DNA of 64,000 bases from Podarcis pityusensis (GCA_964106645.2 OZ067042.1), one strand, 5' to 3'. Counted from the stretch's first letter, positions 13,106-24,164 are shown. The notes: generated by a model not told the origin, from the letters alone. Numbers and translations: made by a program.

Positions 13106-13280
13106 CAGTGGTACCTCAGGTTGCATACACTTCAGGTTAGGGTTAGGGTTAAATTGTGCTCTGGCGGTGCGGCAGCAGCAGGAGGCCCCATTAGCTAAAG
13201 TGGTGCTTCAGGTTAAGAACAGTTTCAGGTTAAGTACGGACCTCCGGAACGAATTAAGTACTTAACCCAAGGTACCACTG
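13106..13280. mobile_element. Tc1/mariner MITE, family A (internally deleted)
   Basis: TA-flanked CAGTGGTACCT TIRs. Confidence 0.88.
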
Positions 13281-13558
13281 TACACCAGTAGTTCCTTATT
13301 ATGCAGCTTACATAACTTTGAGGCTGAGGAAACTTCACAGTACTAAAGATGAGAGGAGATGTATATTATTGGTGGGAAAGTACTAGGAAAGCTGATTAAG
13401 AGGCAAAAGTAGCAAGAGGAAACAAAACAAAATAGGGAGTTCCCTGAAAAACTAGGTCCCGGGCAGAACTACATGCAGAATTGACACAAGTAGGGTTGTG
13501 CAGGATATATTTGGGGGAACAGGGCAGACAGGGGAATTCTGATGGCTTGTTGCTTGTA

Positions 13559-13767
13559 CAGTGGTACCTCGGGTTATATACGCTTTAGGTTACAGACGCC
13601 GCTAACCCAGAAATAGTACTTCGGGTTAAGAACTTTGCTTCAGGATGAGAACAGAAATCGTGCTACAGCGGCGCAGCGGCAGCAGGAGGCCCCATTAGCT
13701 AAAGTGGTGCTTCAGGTTAAGAACAGACCTCCAGAAGGAATTAAGTACGTAACCAGAGGTACCACTG
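13559..13767. mobile_element. Tc1/mariner MITE, family A
   Basis: TA-flanked CAGTGGTACCTC TIRs. Confidence 0.88.
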
Positions 13768-14059
13768 TACTGTCAATTGTACCACTGTGACCTATAAAAT
13801 CTAACAAAAACAGCATACAAGGTCAGAATTTCACATTGAGTTTTGATCCAACAAGCCAATTCTCTGGCTGTATGTTTCTAGGCTAGTGTAACCGTCTTAT
13901 GCATAAAGCCTAATTCCCCACTCAATCCCTACTCAAGCTTCAAGACCTTCCAATCTGATTAACCGCCAGGGCAACATTAAGAGATACTTTTCTTTCTTTA
14001 TTTTTTTTAACCTACAGATCTGAATTATGCTACATTTATCAAGTAAATTCTAGGAGCCC

Positions 14060-14147
14060 ATCATTTGAGTTTTCACAGAATTTATTTGACCGGAATGCAA
14101 CACAACAGTACAATCTCCATATATTTTCTGCCAGGATAATTTAATTT
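14060..14147 (-). other. RPS24: RPS24 terminal exon / 3'UTR with AATAAA at 14086-14081 (3' end approximate)
   Basis: ctcttccctttcctttacag acceptor followed about 60 nt later by AATAAA. Confidence 0.75.
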
Positions 14148-14643
14148 CTGTAAAGGAAAGGGAAGAGAATGTCAGTCAATATCGTGCACTAAATATACGT
14201 TCATTCTATAAAGCTAAGGAATTCTCCCCCCACCAACTGTAAGTAAATAAATTTTGACAAGCATGTCTAAAAGGGATTTTTCAATTGTGTGGCAATTTCA
14301 ATCCAGCCAGTTGCCCCAACTGTTCAGAAGACTCTGCAGATAATGTGGGGTGCATTTTAACTTTGACTGCTCTGCCCACCTCTTTCCCCAACCCTTGAAG
14401 ATGGGAGGAGTTAGGCTGTGCTGAGGAGCCAGATCACTCCCCACAATACCCTTCAAGGAAGAACTACTCCCTGCTGCAGATATTTATGATAGTTACTGTG
14501 ACATGCACCTAAAGGAGGTTTTTAAAGAACCCCAATGAAGGAAGTTAACCATCAGTTATCAGACAGCCTTCAGGAGGAATGAACTTCTGAAGAGACCAGC
14601 AATAAGCAGGTCCCTCAGCAATGAAGGATGGATGTACTTTTAC

Positions 14644-14667
14644 CTGTTAAAATCCACTGCTGGCTCA
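14644..14667 (-). CDS. RPS24: RPS24 24-nt stop-containing micro-exon (counterpart of the mammalian 22-nt exon)
   Basis: tttttctccctttcttacag|TGAGCCAGCAGTGGATTTTAACAG|gtaaaag; begins TGAGC like the mammalian exon. Confidence 0.85.
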
Positions 14668-15344
14668 CTGTAAGAAAGGGAGAAAAAGATGTCAGTACAT
14701 CTTTAATCACATCATTTTCATTTAAAAGACAAGACAATCCCTTTAGGCTATGTACCATTGTTTTTACACTACTGGATGGCACCTATTTCCATACCTTACA
14801 TGTATACCGAATTAATTTTAGTTGTAGCCTTGGGCTAACTAAAGAATCAGGCCCAGAATCTTATTAGCAGGCTTCCTGTTTCAGTTGTTTCAAGACCCAA
14901 GTTTGCAGCATAAATAGTACAGCGATGAAACACAAAGGATTAGGTGAGAAAAAGTCAAGTTGCAGGATGATTTTGAAGGTGAGAGAAAATAGCCACAGGT
15001 AGCTTAGGAGCTGGCTGCTTGTCAAGTGAATAGCTTAAGAAGCAGTTTGCCACGGTTAAGGGTAAGTTGTTTGCAACTTAAGGGGGATTATTGCAAACTA
15101 GACAAAAGGCAAACAATTCCTTGCCTCCCACTACTAAAAAAAAGCTTCTCACAAAAAACCAGGACACTTGCTAGATAAACACACATCAATGTACAAGCCT
15201 AAGTGGTATGATAAGGTCTACTATACAAGGATTCAAATACTTTGTGTGCATTTGCAATTATATTTAGAATATGCAATTGCTAATATGCAGCAGTGAGCCA
15301 CACTATGTGACCTATGTAACAGCATCAGGCCATATTCCTCTCTA

Positions 15345-15550
15345 CAGTGGTACCTCTGGATGCAAACAGGATCCGTTCCAGAGCCCCGTTCGCATCCTGA
15401 GTAGAACGTAACACACGTCTGCGCGTGTCGCCACTTCCACGCATGCGAGTGACGTCATTTTGAGCGTCTGCGCTCCATTATTTCCGGGTCGCCACGGAGC
15501 GTAACTTGAAAATGCTCGACCTGAAGCACATTTAACCCGAGGTATGACTG
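15345..15550. mobile_element. Tc1/mariner MITE, family C
   Basis: TA-flanked CAGTGGTACCTC / GAGGTATGACTG. Confidence 0.8.
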
Positions 15551-16532
15551 TACTCCATAGCTCAGCAGCCACTAGAATACAGGAAAGTATAGATAAACTG
15601 AGGGGTTTGTGGTCCTGATCCCCAGTTTTCCACCTTTACAGGCACATCAGCAGTGTCGTTAAGTTTCACTTTAAGTTATACATGAATGGAACAGTTCCAA
15701 GGAAGACTTTACAATCTATGAGATAGGGAAAGTGCCTTGTGAAGGTATTGTGATGCCTAAACCTATGTTATTTGTTCTCATATGGTTGTAAGCCAATATT
15801 GAAGCAGGCAGGCTCATGATGTAGCATCACAGAAAAGGAGAAACAAGGATGCTGGTGTGAAGAGCTCCAGAAGCAGAGGCAGCCTTGCACCTGAAGCAGT
15901 GTGGGGGAGACCTGGATAATGGGACTGTTCTGTGCTTGTGGTGAAGCAGGAGGTACATTTAACTATTTGAAAGTCTCAGATAAAAGTTGAAGCCTAGAAC
16001 AATATGAATTTTTATAGTGTATGAATTGCCAGTTGCGTTAAAAAAAGAAAAGAGGACTAAATCCTCACCATTCAACAGAAGGGAACAGGATTTCGAGTGT
16101 TTTAGTTACCAACTTGTTCAGCTATATGCAGTTCTCACATGTAAATTCAACCCACAATGTAGTGTTTTTATAAGCAGAATATTTGCCTTGGTGTATGGCA
16201 GCCTGAAGCATGAAACTTCATCAAACTTTCAAGAAGGTTGTTGCACACTAAGTGAGAACATGCAACATACATTTTAGACATCTAGGGCCACACTTGTTCT
16301 CAATAAGGGGGATGCTACTCAATTTATAAATGTTGTATATTAACTACAGCACATTTAAGCTTACAAACCTGCCTGATACTACAGCAAAGTATTTCCTACT
16401 GGAAATTAAAATCTATAGAGGCAAGAAAATTTTGTTCCAAAGCAAAAACACACAGACAAAGCAAGGGAGCATTAGGAAGTCAAGCAAGTGATGCATAATA
16501 CACGCAATCACATCCATGCTTATTCTCGGTAC

Positions 16533-16550
16533 CTGCTAGGCACTTCATTT
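16533..16550 (-). CDS. RPS24: RPS24 alternative 18-nt micro-exon (AAA TGA..., Lys-stop)
   Basis: Pyrimidine tract ...tgatcag|AAATGAAGTGCCTAGCAG|gtaccg; same size as the mammalian 18-nt exon. Confidence 0.82.
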
Positions 16551-17107
16551 CTGATCAACAAGAATCCCAAGAAAGTAGGAAAAAAGGTGAAAGTAAAGGA
16601 TTACTACTAATCAAAAGATTGAATTTACAGTAAGTCAGTCATTTAATGAAAAGTTTGAACTCAAGGCTATTTAAAATCCAAATTTAAACCATGCTTATGT
16701 TAAAAATGCCTACTGGGTTTAAGTCTGATTTCTGCACTGTTATATGTTAAGCAAAACTTGTATTCAACTTGAATGCTCCACGTTTCAACTCCATTAAATG
16801 CCAGGAAGTGTTTTTCTATTTACCTGTACCCACTTTACTGAGGGACATTTCAAGTCTCATTTAGTTGCCATTAGTATGTGCTATTTTGGAGGGTAAGGCA
16901 GGACAGGGTGGGGTCAGGCAAGATCTACTTTAGCTATGCAAGAGGGAAAGGGTGGGAAAAAGACACTCCAAAACCCTCCATCTTCAGATGAAGACTTTGG
17001 AGACTAGGTACTGTTACCTGTTTACTTTGTTATCTACTAAGTAATAAGAGATGCACAAAAGCTAAACTACTTGAGAAGCTAAGAACTACGCAGCATCTCA
17101 GCGTTAC

Positions 17108-17110
17108 CTT
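17108..17110 (-). CDS. RPS24: RPS24 alternative 3-nt micro-exon (AAG, Lys)
   Basis: Long pyrimidine tract ...ggattgcag|AAG|gtaacg; mammalian RPS24 has a 3-nt micro-exon after exon 4. Confidence 0.8.
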
Positions 17111-17206
17111 CTGCAATCCAGAAGTAAAAGTTGAAATTTGAAAGAAAAGGAAAAGGTTATTTTTGTCATGAAACATCCAATATAGTTACAACAATGACTG
17201 CGCTTA

Positions 17207-17341
<135 letters not shown>

Positions 17342-17453
17342 CTAGTAAAAGGAAAGCAAAGTAAATCACTCAAAGTACACACTGGCATTTAACCTTGGAC
17401 AGTCATAAAAAGACATCCAGTCCAATCCTGCTGCCAATGCAGGAAATCCACTA

Positions 17454-17668
17454 CAGTGGTACCTCAGGTTACGAACTTAATTCATTCCAGAAGTCTATTC
17501 TTAACCTGAAGCGTGCATTCCCTACATAGGCCTCCCATGGCCCCGGAAGAGGATTGCGTTCATATCCCAGGGCAAAGTTCGCAACCCAGGACACCTACTT
17601 CCGGGTTTGCACAGTTCATAACCCGAAGCGTTCATAAGCAGGACTGTTCATAACCCGAGGTACCACTG
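17454..17668. mobile_element. Tc1/mariner MITE, family A variant
   Basis: TA-flanked TIRs; related to 52008-52249. Confidence 0.85.
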
Positions 17669-17804
17669 TACAACATCCCTGATAGGTAGACATTCAGCCT
17701 CTACTTAGAAAGTGTAACAAAGCAGAGCCCACCAGCTTCCTAGGCAGTTGACTCCACTACTGAACAGCTTGCAAAATGCTTTTTCTTCTCATTTGAACCC
17801 AATA

Positions 17805-18027
17805 CAGTTGTACCTTGGTTTTTGAACAGCTTAGTTCTCAAACATTCTGGCTCCCAAACGCCACAAACCCAGAAGTGACTGTTCCGGTTTGTGAACTATT
17901 TTTGGAAGCCGAACATCCGACGGGGCTGCCGCAGCTTCCATTCAGAAGCTGCACTTTGGTTTCCGAACGTTTTGGAAATTGAACGGACTTCCGGAATGGC
18001 TACTGTTTGACTTCCAAGGTACGACTG
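17805..18027. mobile_element. Tc1/mariner MITE, family B
   Basis: TA|CAGTTGTACCTTGG...CCAAGGTACGACTG|TA. Confidence 0.82.
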
Positions 18028-18249
18028 TAATTCAGGTTGTGGCCTCTGAAGCGACATAAGGCAAATTCACTCTCTTATTTATATGACAACCCTTCAAAAG
18101 TTGAAGATGGCTCTCATTATTATGTTCTAAACTCTAATCAAGGCTCAACACACCCAGATCATTTGAGCCTTTCCTCACAAGACTTGGTAGCCAGGCCTCT
18201 TATGATGTATGTAGGCACATTAAAAAGTGGCGATGTTAACAATTTCAGT

Positions 18250-18500
18250 AGAAGAGGAGGAGTTTGGATTTGATATACCGCTTTATAACTATCCGAAGGA
18301 GTCTCAAAGCGGCTAACATTCTCCTTTCCCTTCCTCCCCCACAACAAACACTCTGTGAGGTGAGTGAGGCTGAAAGACTTCTGAGAGAAGTGTGACTGGC
18401 CCAAGGTCACCCAGCAGCTGCATGTGGAGGAGCGGAGACACCAACCTGGTTCACCAGATTATGAGTCTACCACTCTTAACCCCTACAGCACACTGGCTTC
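18250..18500 (-). mobile_element. tRNA-derived SINE (Squam3-like)
   Basis: Reverse complement of the 49122-49410 family. Confidence 0.8.
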
Positions 18501-18560
18501 TAGTAGAGTGTAATGGCAAGTATTTATAGGAACATGAAGTTGTTACAAGTTAAACATGGG

Positions 18561-18706
18561 AGAATCGTGGAATTGTACACAGTTGGAAGGGATTACAAGG
18601 GTCTTCTAGTCAGTACCCTACAATGCAGGAATCATTTGCCCAATGTAGGGCTCAAACCAACAGCCCTGACATTAAGAGTCTGATGCTCAACCAACTGAGC
18701 CATCCC
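18561..18706 (-). mobile_element. tRNA-Lys-derived SINE with CR1-like tail (degenerate)
   Basis: Related to 39057-39199. Confidence 0.7.
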
Positions 18707-18937
18707 AACCGAGCACAGCATCTGCTTTGCATGAAAAGGTTCACTGCAATGAGGGGACGGACAAGATACACATAGATATAAATAAAATACTGATGTTATC
18801 AATATCAAACTTCTTAATACCACTAAGTACAACAATAGCTTAAGATACCATTTTAAAATAAAAAATTCAACAGGAAGAGTGTATCTTTAGCAGAACAAAC
18901 GCTTCAAAAGGTCCCAGAAAGAAAGAAAAACTATTTA

Positions 18938-19198
<261 letters not shown>

Positions 19199-19418
19199 CT
19201 ATACAGAATTGACAAAACATTAAACACTTTTAATGTATTTTGGGGGGGGGGGGGGGGAGAGACCTATGAATGCAAAGAGCTTCACAAAAGTTACTATTCG
19301 TGAGCTACTTTATTTTGTCACACACATGTAGGCCCTAAACATCCTCTACGGAAATCCAGCTGTCCCCCAGCACTGATGTTATTCAGGTGGCAATAAAAAA
19401 ACCTATTTATATTTACAT

Positions 19419-19786
19419 GGCGACGCGGGTGGCGCTGTGGGTAAAACCTCAGCGCCTAGGACTTGCCGATCGCGTGGTCGGCGGTTCGAATCCCCGCGGC
19501 GGGGTGAGCTCCCGTCATTCGGTCCCAGCTCCTGCCCACCTAGCAGTTCGAAAGCACCCTTAAATGCGAGTAGATAAATAGGTACCGCTGTATAGCGGGA
19601 AGGTAAATGGTGTTTCCGTGTGCTGCTCTGGTGCCGGTTTGCCGGAGCAGCTTCGTCACGCTGGACACGTGACCCGGAAGTGTCTGCGGACAGCACTGGC
19701 TCCTGGCCTCTAGAGTGAGATGAGCACACACCCCTAGAGTCTGTCAAGACTGGCCCATACGGGCAGGAGTACCTTTACCTTTTACC
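19419..19786 (+). mobile_element. Sauria SINE, full length and CpG-rich, in RPS24 intron 2
   Basis: B box GGTTCGAATCC; ACCTTT tail; TSD TTTATATTTACAT 19406-19418 / 19787-19799. Confidence 0.92.
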
Positions 19787-20886
19787 TTTATATTTACATA
19801 CTTTTTGCACGTAGTGCAGATGGCAGTCCTGCAAAAAGCTACTGGGTAGGTTTCACCTAATGTCAGTGGAAGAACTTTACAAGGGCTTCTTTAATAGAGC
19901 TTTCCTCCCCTTGGAATTGGTTCCAAGGAGTTGGGAGAAGCCCCAAATAGCATGTGTGGCAAAATGTTCTCTCTGGCAAACCAATGTGCTGGTGCAGAGG
20001 AAACATGTAAAATAGCAAAACGAATGAATTCCACCAACTGATTGTGCTATACTGGTTTTCTTTATATGCAATGCACTTTAAGGACTTTTCTGTCATTTAA
20101 GACTGCTTCAATATCACAAGAAGTGTAAACCACAAGGCAAAACATGCACATCAGAGTACAAGTTGCTCCTAGCACAGTGGTAGCAATGCCCTGTGTGGGA
20201 CATATATATTAGGATGCAATATAAACTTTTGAACATGGGAATGAAAAGCAGTACGGAAACATTTGCTAGGGGAAAATTCAGGTTCCACGGCCACATTCTG
20301 GAATATAGCTAGTAATTTCTTTAGCTTCTAGTCTTCCTGTACAAAGCATTCTTAAGTTCTGAGTCTATTACAGCTAGCTTCAGTTGGAAGGCGGGATCAC
20401 TGGTGTTCAAATATATATTAACTTGTGAACTAGAAAGTTAACAATACATTCAACATATAAATGAACAAAAGATTGATAAATCTGAGTAGCCCTTGTTTAC
20501 CCTCACATAGAAAGACTGACAAACCGGCTGGACCATTCCAGCTTTCCAATGCACTCCTTGCTATGCCACAGTATGTTATCATGCCAAAAAATAACATTAA
20601 CAGTAGAGGGAGCATGACAATTTATCAGATATTTTAGTAATCTAAAATAAAACTTCTCGATAACCATTCAAGAAACTTTGCTTATAACTGCAACTCAAGA
20701 TATTAACACAGTAACAAAAACAGATCAACACACTGTAGCGTCCCAAAATATAATGCTATATTACTAATTAATCCAGGAAAAACACTGCAGCCACTAAATT
20801 TACCAACCTCAGCTTTAACACAGACATAGAACTTTATGTATGTGAAAATTAGGCTATGATTATGAATGAACCAAATAAAAGTATTA

Positions 20887-21039
<153 letters not shown>

Positions 21040-21324
21040 TTAAAGTGCCAAATTTCAACTATTTTTCAAGGGAGGGGTATAAACTGCTACCTACCCGCAC
21101 CCTGCCTCTTAAGTTTAGGCAGACATGAAATAAAACAATAAGATAAAATAGCGATTCATTGAACTAGCAGCCCTTCCATAAATCCGGCGCCCTCCAAGTG
21201 GTTGAGATTCCCAAATCTCACCAGCCTCGGCCAGCACGGCAAGGGATGGTGGAAATTGGGGATAGAGAAACAGCAGCAACGCCTTGGGAGAAAGCTGATA
21301 CAGGAGAGGACATTTTGATATAAC

Positions 21325-21326
<2 letters not shown>

Positions 21327-21360
<34 letters not shown>
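21327..21360. repeat. (AC)n microsatellite in RPS24 intron 1
   Basis: Direct reading. Confidence 0.95.
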
Positions 21361-21363
<3 letters not shown>

Positions 21364-21625
21364 CCGCCATCCCCGTTTATTGGTAGACCAGGCCGCACAC
21401 TAAGCCCGAAAGCAGAGCGGTGGAGGGGGGGGTGCGCCGTTCAGACCGCGAGCCGGACCCCTAAAACTCCCTCCTCCCGCCCAATAACCGGCCCAGCACA
21501 ACCAGAAAGCCCCGCTGAAGGGAGAGTAGCCGCTCCGAAGGCCAGCGGACAAAGGATGGCGCGGGGCTAATTCGGATTGAAGCCGCCTCTCCCAGGGAAC
21601 TCGGGGGAACCCGACGAGAACTCAC

Positions 21626-21628
21626 CAT
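21626..21628 (-). CDS. RPS24: RPS24 exon 1 coding part (ATG only)
   Basis: Minus strand gccgccaagATG|gtgag; an ATG-only first coding exon is typical of RPS24. Confidence 0.95.
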
Positions 21629-21646
21629 CTTGGCGGCGTCTCCGGC

Positions 21647-21662
21647 AAAAGGAAGGAAGGAA
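21647..21662 (-). promoter_or_regulatory. 5'TOP / TCT-type pyrimidine initiator of RPS24
   Basis: Minus strand TTCCTTCCTTCCTTTT ending 18 nt upstream of the ATG; typical of ribosomal protein genes. Confidence 0.8.
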
Positions 21663-22501
21663 CTTTCGGCAGCCAATCATATAGCGGCGCTCGCGCGGAG
21701 GAAAAGAAGGCGGGCCTTCGCGTCCAAAAGGGAGGGCACAGAAAACGCGTCGACGGAAGTCGACGGCCGACCATAGAGACTTCCGAGTGTCGGTACGGAT
21801 GCCTGAGCGGCCTGTTTACTAAGAAAGGAAACAAAACTCGTTTTCAAATAGCTGACCTGCGTGTCGGCTTTTCTTTGTATCGTGAGAACAAACAACGTCG
21901 GCTTTAAACGCTTTAAGGTTGGCTGTCATAAGGCACCGCTCGCCTGCCAGCTAATCGCACAGCTTCACTGATAGATGACTGTTATATATTGAATTTCTAT
22001 GCCGCCTTTCGTCCGAGGAAACACAGGGCGGTTTACAGTAGAAAAACACAAAAATTGCAGTTTACTGTAAGAATGGACAACTATTAAAGGATGACATGGA
22101 TATTAAACAAGATGTGGCAATAGGAAGAAGAGATGGACGTATGTTCGCAACGGGAGTGAGAAACCTGATTTTAAGAAATTACATTAAAGTCATTTGGACG
22201 GATTTGTAATAATTTGGAAAACTAATAAAAAATATTATTAAAAAGAAAAATACAAAAATACATACTATAAGAACAAACGAAAGCAATAAACACCTTCCCC
22301 CTGCCCAACAATGCACACACTTTAAAAGACCACAATAGATGGTTTAATCAGCCAAAGACCTAATTAATGAAAAGGTAGGGAAGCAAAAAAATATTTTGCA
22401 ATACGAAAGTACCAAAATGCGCAACATAGTTGTGGTTGCAAAACGCCCTCCGTTCCTCTGGTGTTGGGAGCCGTAGAAATTCAATAATAATAATAATAAT
22501 A

Positions 22502-22715
22502 GTTACAGATAGGTAGCCGTGTTGGTCTGCCATAGTCAAAACAAAAAAATTCCTTCCAGTAGCACCTTAAAGACCAACTAAGTTAGTTCTTGGTATGAGC
22601 TTTCGTGTGCAAGCACACTGTGTATCTGAAGAAGTGTGCTTGCACACGAAAGCTCATACCAAGAACTAACTTAGTTGGTCTTTAAGGTGCTACTGGAAGG
22701 AAATTTTTTTGTTTT
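22502..22715 (+). mobile_element. Penelope-like element (PLE) terminal-repeat remnant with inverted arms, inserted in an (AAT)n tract
   Basis: Perfect 70-bp inverted repeat 22550-22619 / 22633-22702; nearly identical to 35845-36263; contains a hammerhead core. Confidence 0.75.
22622..22659 (+). ncRNA. Minimal type I hammerhead ribozyme motif (PLE-associated)
   Basis: GTAT-CTGAAGA-A-GTGTG(CTTG)CACAC-GAAA-GC-TC^-ATAC. Confidence 0.7.
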
Positions 22716-22764
22716 AATAATAATAATGATGATGATGATGATGATGATGCAACTTTCTCTGGTC

Positions 22765-23215
22765 TGGGGCGGCTGGCAGGTGGGACCCCCCCCCCCTCCG
22801 CGCGCTCACCTGCGCGCTCTCCTTCCCTTTCGTTGCACCTCCGGCCATTAGGTGGCGCTGCGACGCCGGGTGGATGCGGCTCCGAAAGCGGCGACCCTTC
22901 GCGGTTGGCGGCGACACGCACGCGCCCGATGCCCGTCTGCCGGCTGCGGTGTGCAGCTCGCTCAGGGGAAGGAGGAGGCGGCGGCGTTGGCTGCGCACGG
23001 CTCCTCTCTCTTTCCTTGAGCCGTCCCCGGGACAGAGAGGGGAACCGCCGCCATGGTGAAGGAGCAGTTCCGCGAGACGGACGTGGCCAAGAAGATGTAA
23101 GCGGGACTCGGGGGGCGGCGAAGAACAAGCTTGCCAAGTTGGGGGGCGAGGAAAGCGGTCCGTTGAGTGGTGTGGAGGGGAAATGGTGCAGCAGCACGGG
23201 AGGCACCTTACGGAG
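22765..23215. promoter_or_regulatory. CpG island / POLR3A promoter; CTCF-like motif GGCCATTAGGTGGCGCTG at 22843-22860
   Basis: Very high GC and CpG around exon 1; motif resembles the CTCF core. Confidence 0.75.
23053..23096 (+). CDS. POLR3A: POLR3A exon 1 CDS
   Basis: Kozak ccgccATGG; MVKEQFRETDVAKK(I)|gtaag. Confidence 0.97.
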
Positions 23216-23269
23216 AGCCCCTTTTGGAGAGCAGGAGGGATAAATCTTTTTATTTTATTTTTTATTATT

Positions 23270-23585
23270 TTTTTGAAAATGATTTTTATTTGATTTTACA
23301 AGCGTAGAGTTATAACAATACTAAATAAATATCCACATTTAGAGATTTCTCCGAATCTCCAGACTTCCCACCATCCCCTCCATGGGTCTTATTGTCAGCA
23401 TTTTCAGCTGCATATTATTTCATAATCCATATTTTGTATCTGTCCATAATTGTCCACAGTGGTTGTTACATTACAAGTGTTATTCAAATCCTGCTATTGT
23501 TTTCATCTGCTTACAGTGGTCTCCTAAGTAAATTATAAAATTTCCCCATTCTTTCTTAAAGTTTTTGTCTTCTTTCTTTATCCTG
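23270..23585 (-). mobile_element. L1-clade LINE 3' end
   Basis: AATAAA and A-rich tail on the minus strand; similar to 40245-40830. Confidence 0.55.
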
Positions 23586-23879
23586 GGATAAATCTATTTT
23601 TAGCTCAGCCAAAAAAAGAAAGAAAAGGAAGTATTTTGGAAATCTAAATATAAGCAATTTTGTTTACATTAGATGGCTATATGTTCTGCTTGCATTTTCT
23701 TTTTTGCAAGCGTAGCTTGCCCTGGGACTTTATTAGGGTGGGGGAATAAAGTAAAATAATACAAAAAAGTAATTTTCTGTAGTATTTAAACATGCCTTCT
23801 CTTGTAGTCAGCATTTCCCCATGGTTGTAGGATTCTGTGGTTCTATATCATGCATGTTGACTTGGCAGCAAGTCCCATA

Positions 23880-24105
23880 AAGTGGTACCTCGGGTTACAT
23901 ACGCTTCAGGTTACAGACTTCACTAACCCAGAAATAGTGGTTAGGGTTAAGAACTTTGCTTCAGGATGAGAACAGAAATCGTGCTCCAGTGGCACGGCAA
24001 CAGGAGGAGGCCCCATTAGCTAAAGTGGTGCTTCAGGTTAAGAACAGTTTCAGGTTAAGTACAGACTTCCGGAACGAATTAAGTACTTAACCTGAGGTGC
24101 CACTG
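23880..24105. mobile_element. Tc1/mariner MITE, family A
   Basis: AGTGGTACCTC / GAGGTGCCACTG ends. Confidence 0.85.
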
Positions 24106-24164
24106 CATAAGTTTGCGGGAGGTTTGCATCCTTATACACAGAGTTTCTTCAGCCTGTGCCCTCA

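Larger units (their letters stand above)
21360..21960. promoter_or_regulatory. CpG island / RPS24 promoter with CCAAT (21673-21677) and two ETS/GABP cores (CGGAAGT 21754-21760, ACTTCCG 21779-21785)
   Basis: High CpG density around exon 1; motifs read directly. Confidence 0.75.

Noticed and set aside
22583-22619. Hammerhead on the minus strand (left arms of both PLE insertions)
   Set aside because: The arms stop before CTGAAGA, so the catalytic core is incomplete
22682-23243. 174 aa and 136 aa ORFs over the POLR3A promoter
   Set aside because: Stop-poor GC-rich CpG island; the real frame is the 44-nt exon 1
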